Assembly (NCBI RefSeq): GCF_006345805.1 | Contig: NC_043001.1 | Coordinates: 86,800,001-86,864,000, forward strand | Direction of reading: 5' to 3' | DNA: 64,000 nt | Origin: Octopus sinensis | Lineage: Eukaryota | In this document: positions 1 through 13,190 of the stretch, piece after piece | Numbering within the stretch: position 1 is the first letter of the stretch | How the letters are laid out: each line of letters opens with the position of its first letter | Notes under the pieces: generated by a model | Seen by the model: only the letters and a program-made list of their open reading frames with translations | What the model was told of the DNA's origin: nothing | The model's database searches: none | Translations under genes and position numbers: made by a program

Positions 1-27
1 CCTCTAGTATAAGGGATTATTATTATT

Positions 28-385
28 ACCCCTGCCTTAGGGAAGGCGGGGGTATTGTTTTCAGTCATGTTTGTTTGTTTGTCCATGGATAAGATATCTC
101 AAGAACCACTGGATGGATTCGGATGAAACTTTCAGGGATGTTTGGCCTCGTGACTGACACGAACTGATTAGATTTGGGGATCGATCCAGTACCGGACAAA
201 GATTCTGGATTACTTTTCCAGTTTTTTTTACTTAATTTTTGAGAGTGGTTGGGCTCATTTTTAGTATTTTCGTTTGTGAGAGAAGTCGAGTTTATTTCAG
301 ATATTCTCATTTTAAAAATCATCTCTGGCTAATCGTTGAGAGGACGTTGGTGTTGCCTTGGCAGAGGTTTGTGCTCTGAGTGTTA
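28..385. mobile_element. Non-autonomous DNA element resembling the Crypton-associated 'tacc..cgcc..ggaggttat..gtttgtttgt...ccttggcggagg' repeats
   Basis: Ends tacccctgccttagggaaggcggggg ... gccttggcagaggtttgtgctctgagtg, with internal CpG-rich 'cggatgaaactttcaggg' and 'gatcgatccagtaccgga'. Family assignment is from memory only. Confidence 0.5.
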
Positions 386-414
386 TTGTTATTAATATTA
401 TTGAGTGAGTGAGA

Positions 415-931
415 GAGCAGTGCATGCCATCAAAGAGACACTGGGGTAAAATATATGAAGCTCAGTATATCCATCATGACTACTGTCTGATAAGGATACA
501 TCAGGCAAGTGCATCACAACCATATGTGTGCGACATGGAGATCTCATAACAAGATAAACAGTGCATGACCTTGCAGGTAGGACCTAGTTACAATTTTCTT
601 CTGGTCAAGTAGCCTGTCCTGCTCAAAAGGTTGTTGAACAAAACACCCATGTTCCCAGAGGATAATTATTCAAATCCCAAAGAATTCCTCTCAACACTAT
701 AATGCTATAATGCGCCTCAACTACTTCTGCTTGTGATCAGAGATGCACATATCTTCATCTACCAAGGGACATGCTCAACTGGTTATGGTCAAACAGCCTA
801 CAAGCAAATCTGTGGTATTGAGCAAAATATTTGCTGTAAACTATCTTTTATACAAAACATGTACATGATAACACTTCCAATCAGTTAAGACCAAAAGCCA
901 TGAGAGCTACTGCCTGGTATTGCATCAGGGC

Positions 932-955
<24 letters not shown>
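415..955 (+). repeat. Interspersed repeat with (ATT)n tail (retroposon 3' end); partial inverted copy at ~5320-5510
   Basis: gagagagcagtgcatgccatcaaag...gcatcagggcatttattattatt. The segment around 440-610 recurs reverse-complemented at ~5320-5510. Confidence 0.65.
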
Positions 956-964
<9 letters not shown>

Positions 965-971
965 CATTGAG

Positions 972-1635
972 AAGGCAGTGTGCTGACAGAATTGTTAGCA
1001 CGCCAGGCAAAATGCTTAATGGTATTTTGTCTGCTGCTATATTATGAGTTCAAATTCCATCGAGGTCAACTTTGCCTTTTATCCTTTTGGGGTCAATGAA
1101 ATAAGTTCCAGTTGAGTACTGGGGGACGATGTAATCGACTATGCCCTTCTCCTAAATTTCAGGCCTTGTGCCTATAATAGAAAGGATCATTATTAGTATT
1201 GTAGTGGTGGTGGTGAGCTGGCAGAATCATCACCACCATCTTTATGTTCTGAGTTCAAATTCTGCCCAAAGTCAACTCTGCTTTTCATCCATTCAAGGTT
1301 GATAAAATAAGTACCAGCTGAGCACTGGAGATTGATTAATCAACTAGCCCCCTTTCCCAAAATTTCACACCTTGTGCCTATAATAGAAAGGATTATCATC
1401 ATTATTCCTAGTTTTATAATAGCAAACTGGTAGAATCATTAACACATCAAAGTGTTATGTGGCACAGCTTCTGAATCTTTATGAACTGAGTTCAAATCTT
1501 ACTGAGATCAGCTTTGCTTTATAATCTTTCAGAGTTGATAAAATAAAGTACCAGTTAAGTACTAGGGTCAATGTAATCAACTAGCCATCCCTCCTCTCAA
1601 AATTCCTGGCCTTATGCCAAAAGTAGAAAGAATTG
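972..1635 (+). repeat. Three tandem copies of SINE family B (aaggcggtgagctggcagaatcgttagc...gaaaggattattatt); further copies at ~5090-5310(-), 5512-5730, 15010-15230(-), 17435-17640(-), 42560-42760, 54960-55290(-), 57170-57555, 59107-59300
   Basis: Recurrent ~220-bp unit with shared blocks 'ctgagttcaaatt', 'ttcatccttt', 'aataagtaccagttgag', 'aaatttcaggccttgtgcc'. Confidence 0.8.
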
Positions 1636-2486
1636 TAGTTCCTAGCCATGTAATAAAATAGTTTTGGTGTTATAGCCTAGGATGAAAACTTATGCATCTA
1701 ACAACTGAAGGACTGAAATTCTGGTCTAGTTGCATTTCATTCAATTTTGATTATACACAGAAAATCATACATACTGTTACTTCCTTAAGCCAATGATCTA
1801 CTAGCAGGAGAGCTTCAGGGTTGTCAGTCAACCTGTTAAAAACTACAACTCACTCACTCTCAAACCTAACCCGGTATTCTAATAGAAATGGCAAGACACA
1901 GTGGATATAGCAGGGCATAGTGGGTAGGGTAGTCCAAGATGGGTATAAGACATGTTGGCACAGCCTTTTGATATCAAATAAGTCAGCATCAATTCAGTAA
2001 TGCCAAATAAGTGGCACCCAGACATTTTAATGTTTCTCTCTCTTTATGTATGTTAGCATCTACTTATGTTTGTATGTATAATATCTCTCTCACTCTGTCC
2101 CTCAGTCACTGTCTCTCTCACTCCGTGTTGGCCTTCAATGCCAAAAAGTACTGTTCTCCAAAACAGGCCAGAACATCCAGTCAACCAGACCAAATTGTCA
2201 CTGCCCAAACAACTGTGCCCTGCCACCTCCTTCCATTCTGAGATACACTGTTATGGCTGGATTTTCTCCGCTCATAAGGTAGCTTAATCACAGCTGATCT
2301 GAGGCTAAACAGCAACAATGCTACAATCCTCAATGATATCGCCATGACCAAACAACAATGAGTGAAACATATTTAGCTGCAGCATGAAGGAATTTTCCCT
2401 ACTTTAGGGAAATAATATCACCAGTTAAACCCTCTGCTCCACCACCCCTAACCTGTCCCATGAAACAATAAAATTCTCAAACCTAC

Positions 2487-2559
2487 CTTTCCTGACAATC
2501 TCTTTTACAGTACAGCCTGTCAGGTCCATTATGGTAGATAGCTTCTCAGAGTCTAATGT
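2487..2559 (-). CDS. PLEK: Pleckstrin-like exon, PH2 (73 nt, phase 0-1); the next (last) exon is not found in the window
   Basis: Acceptor tgtttttgtag|ACA, donor AAAG|gtaggt; [24 protein letters not shown] (L.GC.V motif). Confidence 0.88.
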
Positions 2560-5500
2560 CTACAAAAACAGTGCAGAATTTTAATTAACAACATGGCCAA
2601 GAAGGGTTTGAGACATTAACATCAACATTATCATCACTTAACATCCATGTTCCATGCAGAGATGGTTTAGACAATTGATGGATCCAAAAAGTGCATTATA
2701 CTCCAATATCTGCTATACTGTTTTTTTTACAGCTAGATGTCCTTTCTAATATCATCAACCCTACAGCATATGATTGGTGTTTTTTTACATGGTACCAGCA
2801 TGATTGAGGTCGCTCTGCAGTCTGCAAGACTAAAATCCCTTTGTTTGAGTGGGGCTACAGTAGAAAGGAAGGCAGCTTTATGCTAGGAGATGAGGGGATA
2901 AAGGTTGAGGGAAAGGGTCCAGAATAGAAGAGGCTTCCTATTGTAGAGGAGCTAAATGGTTATTCATATTATAAAAGAGAGGTTGAGAATGGCCAGGGTG
3001 GATCTTCAAGCTACACAATGAGGAGTGAGTGGGGATTAGAGTATAAGGAGCACAGATGGGTAAAGGTTGCAAGAATGAATGGGAGAGAAAGATGGTTTGA
3101 GATGGGTATGGGTGAGAGGATGAATAAAATGATGAACAGGAGTTAAAGGGATAAATAAGGAAGGTAGGGAAGAGTGACAAGTGTAAAAATTATGTAGGGT
3201 TCGCAGATGACCAATAATACATTTGAGTTGCTGACAAAATCAGTAAATGTTGATTTCTGTGAATGATGGAACATTGACAATGAAGTAGCTTGCTATGGGT
3301 TGGATGGGAAAACAAAGAAAAGAGATCAACTGACACAAACTTTTATAACTTGTTCTGACTTACCATACAACAGGAATAAACAAAGAGAGCTGCTACATGG
3401 TTGCTCAACCATACAGTAGCTAAGTTTCCCTTACACCATGCTATCTTAGAAAAAACATCTTTGTGATTATCCAATGTGCAAAAAATAGCAGCCAAATCTA
3501 CCTCAAACTACACCACACCATCTTTTATAAAAATAGAAACATTGCATAATATAGTCTGGGGGAATACATGGCCAAGAAAAAAAAAATGACAAGGTCATGG
3601 CTGGGATGTCTTTAATCATAGATCTGTTCAAGCAATACCAATTTATAAGAAATAGCAACCAAATTTTCTGAAAATCACACCACAATTTTTTAAAAAATGG
3701 TATGGTCACAGCTGTTATGTGAAATAGTATTCTTTGTCTACGTTGCTGTAGCAATTGAGATATTATGATTGAAATATTTGGTTGTGTGAAGAAATGAATA
3801 TGACTAAGAGAATAGTTTTGGTCATATGTTCAGATGTCTGATTTAAGTTAGCAGTGAAGTATACTTACTGCTAGAGGTCATTGGTATAGGACTGGCAAAA
3901 TTTTGACTAGTGGTCTACATGTACCAGATCTTTCAGGAATCAATGTTGATATGCAGCCAGAAAATATCAGTCTGACTACCTGACAAGTGTAGAGAGTCAT
4001 GGCTGGGTAAAAGCTGGATTTTGAGATGATAAGGAGGTCTAATGTGGATAGAGTATTAGCATGTCTGTCAGATATTTTTAAACAAGGAAACCAGCTGGTG
4101 CAGACAGTTCAAAATAATAGTCAATAGAGAATTCAATAGCTCTTACTTTTCAGAGGAGTATGAGAACCAAAAGGAGTAGTGTGGTGAATTTATTAATAAG
4201 AATGATGAATTCAATGAAAAGTAAACTGAGATCACTGACCTCAATACAGGATGAGCAATACTTGAATAAATTGAAGGTGTTCAGTGAATGACAGAGACGG
4301 GAAATGAACTTAGTGAGGAATACAGAGTGTGGCTAGAGTAACTTGAAGTGTTTAACTTGGGGATACAAGAAAGGTGTGAGTAAAGGGAAAGCAGACACCA
4401 TCTACCAAAAAGAAAATACAATAAAGTGTGAGAGGAATGATTTATAAAAGGGTATTAAGGAGCCATCAGATGCTAAAGTAACCAGACTGACAAGAGGTCG
4501 ACAAGATGAGAACTCACAGCTGTAGCTTTATGATATTCTAAAGTTGTGGGATTTTCTCGAAGAATCACTTTCACAGCTTGCCATCCTGGACTCAGGTTTT
4601 TCTGAAAAGACAAAAATACAGAAGATACAATTAACATTTCTTCTCAGTTTCAGTAAATATTGAGAAAAACAATTCAGAACTGAAGATGGAGGGTAGTACA
4701 CAGAAGGTATTTTATTGAAAGGGATAGAGAACAAGTACTGACTGCAGCAGAAACACCTCAATGAAATGAGGTGTTTCATCATCATCATCATCATCGTTTA
4801 ATGTCTGTTTTCCATACTAGCATGGATTGAACAGTTCAACCAGGGTCTGGGAAGCCAGGAGACTGCACCAGGCTCCAGTCTGATCTGGCAGTGTTTCTAC
4901 AGCTGGATGCCCTCCCTAATGCCAACCACTCAGTGAGTGTTGTGGGTGCTTTTTACGCGCCACCGGCATGGACACCAGTCCAGGCAGCGCTGGCATCGGT
5001 CACGTTTGGATGGTGCTTTTTACATGCCACCGGCATGGGTATCACAACTACAATTTCTATTTGATTTTTATTTTGATGTTGATAATGAGATAATGAGAGT
5101 GCTCAACTGGTACTTCATTTAATCAACTCTAAAAGAATGACAAGCAAAGTCAATCCTTGAACTCAGAACATAAAGGACCAGAAAAAAACCCATCAAGCAT
5201 TTTTTCTGGTATAGTAACAATCCTGCCAGTTCACTGCCTTAATAATAACTCTTTCTACAATAGGCACAAGGCCTGAAATTTGTAGGGAGGGAGCTAGTTG
5301 GTTACCTTGACCCCAGTGCTCAATTGAGCAGGATGGATTACTTGACCAGAAGAAAATTCTAACTAAGCCCCACCTTTAAGATCATGCACTGTTTATCTTG
5401 ATTTGAGATCAACACATCGCACAAATATGGTTGTGATGCATGTACTGGTATACCCTTATCAGATGGGTAGTCATGATGGGTATATTGGGTTTCGTATATT

Positions 5501-8500
5501 TGTACCCCAGTTTAAGGTGGCAAGCTGGCAAAAACGTTAGCACACCAGGCAAAATGCTTAGCAGTATTTCATCTATCTTTACGTTCTGAGTTCAAATTCC
5601 ACTGAGGTCGACTTCGCTTTCATCCTTCCAGGGTCAATAATTTAAATACCAATTGCATACTGGGCGTCAACCTAATTGACTGGTCCCCTCCACCAAAATT
5701 TTGGGACTTGTGCCTACAGTAAAAAAGTATATTTGTCACTTTGATGGCATGCACTCCTCTCTCATTCAATAATTTACTAGCTGGACCCATGAAAACTTCA
5801 CGGAAAACAAAAAATATAAGCATCTGTAAATAGAGTCTTCACTTAATAACTATCGAATAATTATATATAAGCAGGACCCTGGGAAATTATACAAAATACT
5901 AAAAATGTAAGCATCTTTAAATAGTGACCATATTTGAGTATCGAATACTTTTTGTTATACTACTAATAATCATAAATATTTATACAATATAATTTGATAT
6001 TTTTGAAATTCAACAGTTCATATACATGCACATTGCACAATGCTGACTTCCACGTGAGCACTGAGGTTTTTTTTTTAACTGGTACCACCTGTAGTCCAGG
6101 AGGTTTGAGCATTGATGCCTTTTGTTCTTAACTGATACCACCTGTAGTCATTGAGTTCACTCCCTCCAAGAGTTTTCCTCTCCTGCTAAACAGCTTGAGT
6201 GTTGTTGTAATTGACTATATTGAATTGGAGGGCAGCGAAGTATCTCGTGCTGGGGGTTGAACACTATTAGACTGAGTTGCTGTCAATGCTGCAGACTTTG
6301 GAGATGGTGGTGGTGGTGGTGATGCAATTTCGTGGTTTGCTGGTATGGTGTGGGAGGAGGCCGCTGCGAGAGAGATCCAGCAGGCTCCGCCAACTCATTC
6401 TCCGGTCTTGAAAGTGTAATCTGGATGTGTAATGATGGAGCTAGCTGGCAGGTGTGGTGGTGATGGTAGCTGGCACAGTGGTCTTCCTCACAATACTTCA
6501 TGGTAGACAATATTTTGTGTGTATGTCACACCACGGGCAGGCGGTCAGTCAGTCGGCAGACAGACAGACAGGCAACATTACTTTTTGCAATTTCCATATT
6601 TTCAACTGCTTTACCATATAGCCGAAAACGAAAAGTTTTGCAGTGTTTTTTCTATGACGATATGAGAACGGTTTCATTCTCTTTCACTATTATTCTGTAT
6701 CCACTTCTTTCTTTCACTCAATCTATCTAATTCTGTCTCCCCCTCTCACTCTCTTTCCACTCCCTACCCTCTCCCTCCTCTATGTCTCCTTGGCTCTCAC
6801 CCTTCCTCCTGCATTTAATATATCTCCCCCTCAGCTGTCCTCATCTATAAATATCACAGGTCCATACCAGCAGGATTTCTTGCACACTACATCTGATTAA
6901 TTCTGATGCCCAGTTTTTCACTTGAAGAATTTGTACTTTGTCATATGCTGACACTTATGGTAAACTAGCAGCATAGCCCAGCGTTGCCCGGGTATGTAAG
7001 AGCCCCTAGTAGGCAACGACTAATCCCAATCTAGTTCTTTCCCTCTAGGGAATGAAGGCGCATGTGTAGGTTGCAATGTCTTCTCTTCACTCGAATACTT
7101 CTATGTATACGATGTTCCTAGCTGTCTCCTGACAGAAAATGTGTTGCATATAAAAAGCTTAGATTCTCGACCCCATGTCGAATTTATCGATTTTTTTCAG
7201 AACTGGGGGAACTTTTCAAAATTTTCACTGCGTTAGTTTTGAATTATGACATTGGGCTATGTGTGTGTCAGGTTTCATCAGAATCGGTTGAAAGCCGTGG
7301 TCAGGATGAGGGTACAACCTGACAGATACACAGACAGACAAACTGCCGTTTATATATATAGATGTCCAGTAGAACATACTAGCTTCATTTCTTTCCAGTT
7401 TTAAGTCCTCTGCATTCAAGGCTCATGTCTCACTAGCATGCAGCATTGCAATTCTAACACAAATATCATGTAATCTGTCCTTCACTGTGAAGGAAAAGGC
7501 CTTGTTGCCAGAAGTGGTAGAAGCTCCTTGTACGTTTACAACTTGGTTCCTATACTTTCAGAACAAACATCTTCCTTCCTTAGTAAATGTAGGTAACAAA
7601 AGTTATTGACTAGTAGTGAGTCAGTCAGACATTTAAGACAATCAACGTCTGTTGTGTTCATTGTACTTACAGCTCCAGTGCATCTGTTACAAATGAAGCT
7701 TACTTTCTCTGTTAGCTTGTCTATTATTCCACTATACCTGCTCTGTGTCCACAGCTTACATTGTGTATAGCATTTGCGGTTTGTACTCAAATTTATATTT
7801 ACTCCTTTCATGCATATTTAGTAAGACCATTTTCCTGAAGATACTAGGGTCCTGTTTAATTCCCCTATAGATTCAGCTAAGAGAGTTAGATCGTCAGCAT
7901 ATGAGAGTTCCCAAGGAGAGCCTGTCTTCATCTCTTCAGTGATGGTACATAGGGTTGTGATGAATAAGAGACTAAGAACTGAATTTAACCTGGAACTCCT
8001 AACCTCACATCAAATTTATCACTGAAATTGTTGTTGACCCTCCTCACTTTGCTTGCTTCATCTTTGTACATTAGCTTGTGCAGCTCTCACAAGCCATTCT
8101 ACACCCAAAAGCAGTCTATTGTGGACAACAATGTAGTTACTGTCCACTCAACAACCAGCTGGAGCCACACCAATGAGCAGTAATCAACAATAACTAAACC
8201 AATCAAGGAACTATATGTAGGAACCATCCCAAAAGACTGTAGCAAGAACAAACATAGGGAACATACCTTTCTTAATAAGAAACTTTCTTTTATCACTTTC
8301 CCCTTCTTTGGAGATCTTTTCTGGCTTTCTCCTTCGTCCTCATCTTCCTCTTCTGAGCTGCTGGAATCACTGTCTGTGTTGTCTGAGTAACTATCACGTT
8401 TGGCCCCCATATTCAGAGAAGTCTACAACAGAACAGAAATTTAAAGATGTCACTAGCGTTATTTTGGACAAGAGTGTTATAAACAGTAAAATTGGTGATA

Positions 8501-11500
8501 TTTCCTTTCACAATATCAACTGTAAAACTGTTTCAAGGATCAGGACATATATTTAAATAAGGAAAAAAAAATAAAACATTAGTGTCAGTAAACAATAACA
8601 GAGCAGCACAAAAATAAAGGAATATGCTATCCCCAACAGTGCACAGAATATTTTACTACAGAGATTTTAGATATATTCACTTAACTCCAGCTCCACTGAA
8701 AGAAACAACTCAAACTCATGTTGAAATGCTTTGTACCTCAAGAAATGCCAATAATAAACACACTGGTTCTATTTCACTTCTTTTATTGTTGTTAATCAAT
8801 TGAAAAACCATTTAACAAATCAACTGTTTAATTATTCAGTCAATTAATCAATTGGCTAAGTTTGGCAAAGTCCTTCTCTTACTATTCACAGCCTCATCAA
8901 TGACATGCCTTCTCTACTCTAGGTTTGCTTTACAAAAAGAAAGGAGTAATAACGAGGATATAATTGAACAAATCCAATCCCTACCTTTAATTGTCTTTGG
9001 ATTAGTGCTACTAAGTACTCTATTACTGTAAAAAAATTTACCATAAGCACAAACTGGAAATTTAGTGATCATTCAATAAAGATGCATTGAAGTGGGATAA
9101 ATTTCTGAAGGGTTTTATAGTTATGGAGGAGTTTTTCATAGTTGGCCATTAATAGCAATTTAAAGTATATACTAACACTACTACAAACATACCTAAACTG
9201 CAACACTTACTGAGTAGAACAGGTACAGGCAACCTTTTTCAAGAAGTGGGCTGCATGAGATGTAACTTATTAGGTGTGTCACACTTCTAAAAAATTTCAA
9301 GGTAATTTTTGTTAGGTGTGCCATTCAGAAAGGTGCCACTCAGTGGGATTGAACCCAAAACCATGTGGTTGGAAAGCAAATTCTCAACCACTCATCTATG
9401 CCCCTTTCTGATAACACATTTGTATGTTTAGGGTAGACCCCAGTCAAGCAGACCTATAAGCATGTAAATGGTCGTCTGAGTAATTAGGTGCAATTCACAA
9501 ATCTATAACTCAGAAAATGCTTTAACTTTGTCTATCTAGTTGAGGATCATACTTCACATTCTAAACCAGTCAAGAGCAACCAACCCAATCTTTCAAATTA
9601 ATTTAACCAAACAGGATATTGTTAGATTCCTTTCAACAAGGAGATTATCACACATGGGCTAAAAAAGACAAACCACAGAGTATATGTTGACTAACAGACA
9701 GACATGTTATTTCACCAGTGAATTATTCAACTAGTACTGATTTAGACTATTTTATCAAAATTCCAACCACAAATCAGTTTTATGAAAGAATGGTAAAAAT
9801 AATTATTGAACACTTACAAATCTGTACAGACTCTCACCATCTTTAAACCTTTCACCAGCAATAGCAGAACCATCATTGAGTTCAATCTCCTGCAGATGGC
9901 CCAGCTTCAACAGAGTCTGGGCCATGGCAGCACCATCCTCTCTGTTTCGAACAACTGACCACCTTAGCAGCCAGTTGACTAAATCACAACCTGCAATGAA
10001 AATAAACAATAAGAGATGCTAGGAGAAGGACACTGTGAGTTCAATTTAAACGTGATAAATTGAACAAACACACGAGGAATATACAGATAGTTTCATACAT
10101 CGGCTAGCTGTGAGAATGATCTCAGGAAGAAAACAATCCAATGTCAGCCTTGGAAGGATTCAAACTCAAAATCAAAGTGGTGCAAGACATTTATCCAGCT
10201 GTGTGATAAGAAGTATGCTTCCCAAACACATGGTTTCAGAGTTCACTCCCATCATGTGATACTGAGGGAAAGGCATCTTCCACTGTAGCCCAGGGTAATC
10301 AAAGCCTTGTGAATGGATTTGGCAAATGAAAGCTGAAAGAAACTAATTATGTATGTGTGTGTGTGTGTGTGTGTATGTCATTGTCTCTTTGCCTTGACAT
10401 CATATGATAGTTGTAAACAAATGTCATTCTCAAGCAAGTGGTGCACCTTTCCAGTCTTCCATGAAAACATGCCTGGTCTGGGGAAATATTACCTTACTTG
10501 GAAACAAGGATTGGAGGTATGAAGGGCATCTGGTTGTAGAAAATCCACCTCAACAAAATTTTGTCCAACTCATGCATGCATAGAAAAGCAGATGCTAATG
10601 CAATGATAATAGTTTTCTGAAACCAGCAAAGTTGACCCTCAGCTCATAGATTCAGTATCACTATCCATTTGACCAGTCCTGGCTAGCCTTCTCAAAACAA
10701 TAAAAAAATAAAATAAAAAGCTATTTCTCCACACTCTAACATGAAGGCACAAGCCATCGCTGCAAACACACACACACACACACACACCACACACACACAC
10801 ACACACACAAAATGATTTTAGATGGTACAAGCTAATTCTTCTTACCTTGGAAACAGTTTCTATACACAACTCCACCTCGTAAGTGCATGCCAAGTTCAAC
10901 CCCAGCACCAGGCTCTTGGATTGTACCAATTATTTCACTGGAGTCAAGAGAAAAAGAAAATGCAGAAGTTGGAAATAATGTCACACTAAATATTTTATTG
11001 TAATAAAAGGGAATGTAATAATCTAGAGAATAATGTAGCATAATAATGAAGAGGAGAGGAATGTTAAATTCATTCTGTTTGAAGGGTATGCATGTATATA
11101 TATCAAAAGGATGTGTTATAATACTATTCCACATATACAAAAACAGCCATACCAACGATCCAACATACCTCTATCATCAGCTGCCTCACGGATATCATTA
11201 GGGGTTCGACACCTGGGCAGTACCATTCAATCCAGCAATGTCAACAGCCCTAAAATAAGTGTTGTTTGGGAACAAACAAACCAAAGAAATCACAACTTTC
11301 AAACATATTTACCCTATGTACAACCGTATCAGTAAATAAATTTAATAAGTATATATATATATAGGTTTGGTGATGCAAACAGGAAAATAAAATTCAAAAC
11401 ATGTATTTTAATAATCATCATCAGAAGTTACAGAGAGATTAAAGGACCAAGAGTTTGTGCATCGGTAAGTTCCAAGGCATGAAACTCGCAGTCCTTGAAC

Positions 11501-13157
11501 CAGTCTAACTTCTTCCAATTATTAATGAAGAAGTGTGAGTGTGTGTATATATATATATATATATATACACATACAGAAAAAAATATGGTGTTAGCAAATC
11601 ATAGTTTATGATTTTAAATCAAATGCTGATATGTCATTATTTTTAAAGAAGATACTATTCCATGTGTCTTAATTCACTTAAATGACAGGAAATTGGTAGT
11701 AGAACTTCTGGGGAAAAGTTATTACTGAAAGTTGCAGAACACTATCCAGTGTTTTATAATCTTTCATCCACTGAACACCATAGAAACTAAAAATAAATAC
11801 CAGTTCTGTGAAGTGTGTAGTCTTGAAATGCATGTCACAACTGGCTGCACCAACAGTATAACTGTAAACTGGTTAAAAGGGTCAGTCACCTTGTTAACCC
11901 AATCTATAGAGCTGTTAATAGGAACCATATGCTGGTACAGTTCAGCAAAGCAATCACATCACAGAACTGTTGCTACACCTAGAAAATCTAAAATATTTCA
12001 GAACCTCAATCAATTATTCTCACTAAGTTGCTTAAAGACTTGACACTATGGTTTCCAGTCTCAATTGGAACTATTTCACTCCACATATCATATTTACTCA
12101 TGAATCATAAGTTGCATCCCTAATTTAGTGTTAAATCTTAGTACAAAATTTTCTTCTTTCATATTCAAACTTGACATCAACTTTGCCCTATATATAAGTC
12201 CCTCATTTTTTTTTTTGCAGTTAAAATTAGGCATAACATATCGCAACTTATACACATGTAAATATGGCATACATTCAAAGGATTTAAAAAAAGATATCAA
12301 TGGTACCACTTCACACTTAACACGTCCTCTTCAAAGTCTCAGCTTCTTAGTTCTTAACAACATAAATGGTTTTATTGCATTGTAACTCCAGATCAATGGA
12401 TAAGCTATAGCAAGCCACTTTACCCAACCTAACAATTATCTTTAAAAAAGCACCCAGTACACACAGTAAAGTAGTTGACATTAAGGACATCCGGCTGTAG
12501 AAACCACGCCCAAGTTACACAATGGGGTTCAGTGACCAGTGCTGACCTCTAGCTCGTTGGTTCCTGGCAAATTGTGCCACTCTTGCCAGCATGGAAAAAA
12601 GGGACATATGATAATGAAAAAACAGTTTGCAAATGTATGCAAATATCTGAACATGTATAATACAACTTACTACTAGCTTTTAAAAAAAATCTGTAATGAT
12701 TTTATGCACCACAAGACTAATTCTCACAGAAGACCCGTTGGTTTATTGCACTCCTTTTTAGAGGATAACTGAGAGCATCTACTCAAAGGATTTGAACTCA
12801 AAACATTGGGAATCAATCTAAATAAAGTTTGCACACACTAATCTTTCTCCATTATCAACAACTCTGGAAATATCACTACAGTAATATAGCACAGAGAAAG
12901 GTCACCATAAAACCTGGCCTCATGGAAAAACATTCATAACTTTTTTCCCTTGGACCTTGTGATTATGGTGTTGCTATAATCTATATATGCAATAAAGGAT
13001 GATCAGAAAATGCAAGACCTAAGAAGTACTTTGGACAGTAATCAGAAAAAAAAATGTGCTGAAGACTATTGCTTAGCATTCTTAGTAGGGCTAGATCTAC
13101 AGAAAATCAAAAAGGTACATATGGTGCAGTAGCAAAAAAGAAATGAGGTGCAACCAA

Positions 13158-13190
<33 letters not shown>

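Noticed and set aside
4528-4794. Track ORF ending [24 protein letters not shown] as last exon
   Set aside because: Same acceptor, but the PH-conserved frame ([18 protein letters not shown]) with donor at 4517 is the one that fits.
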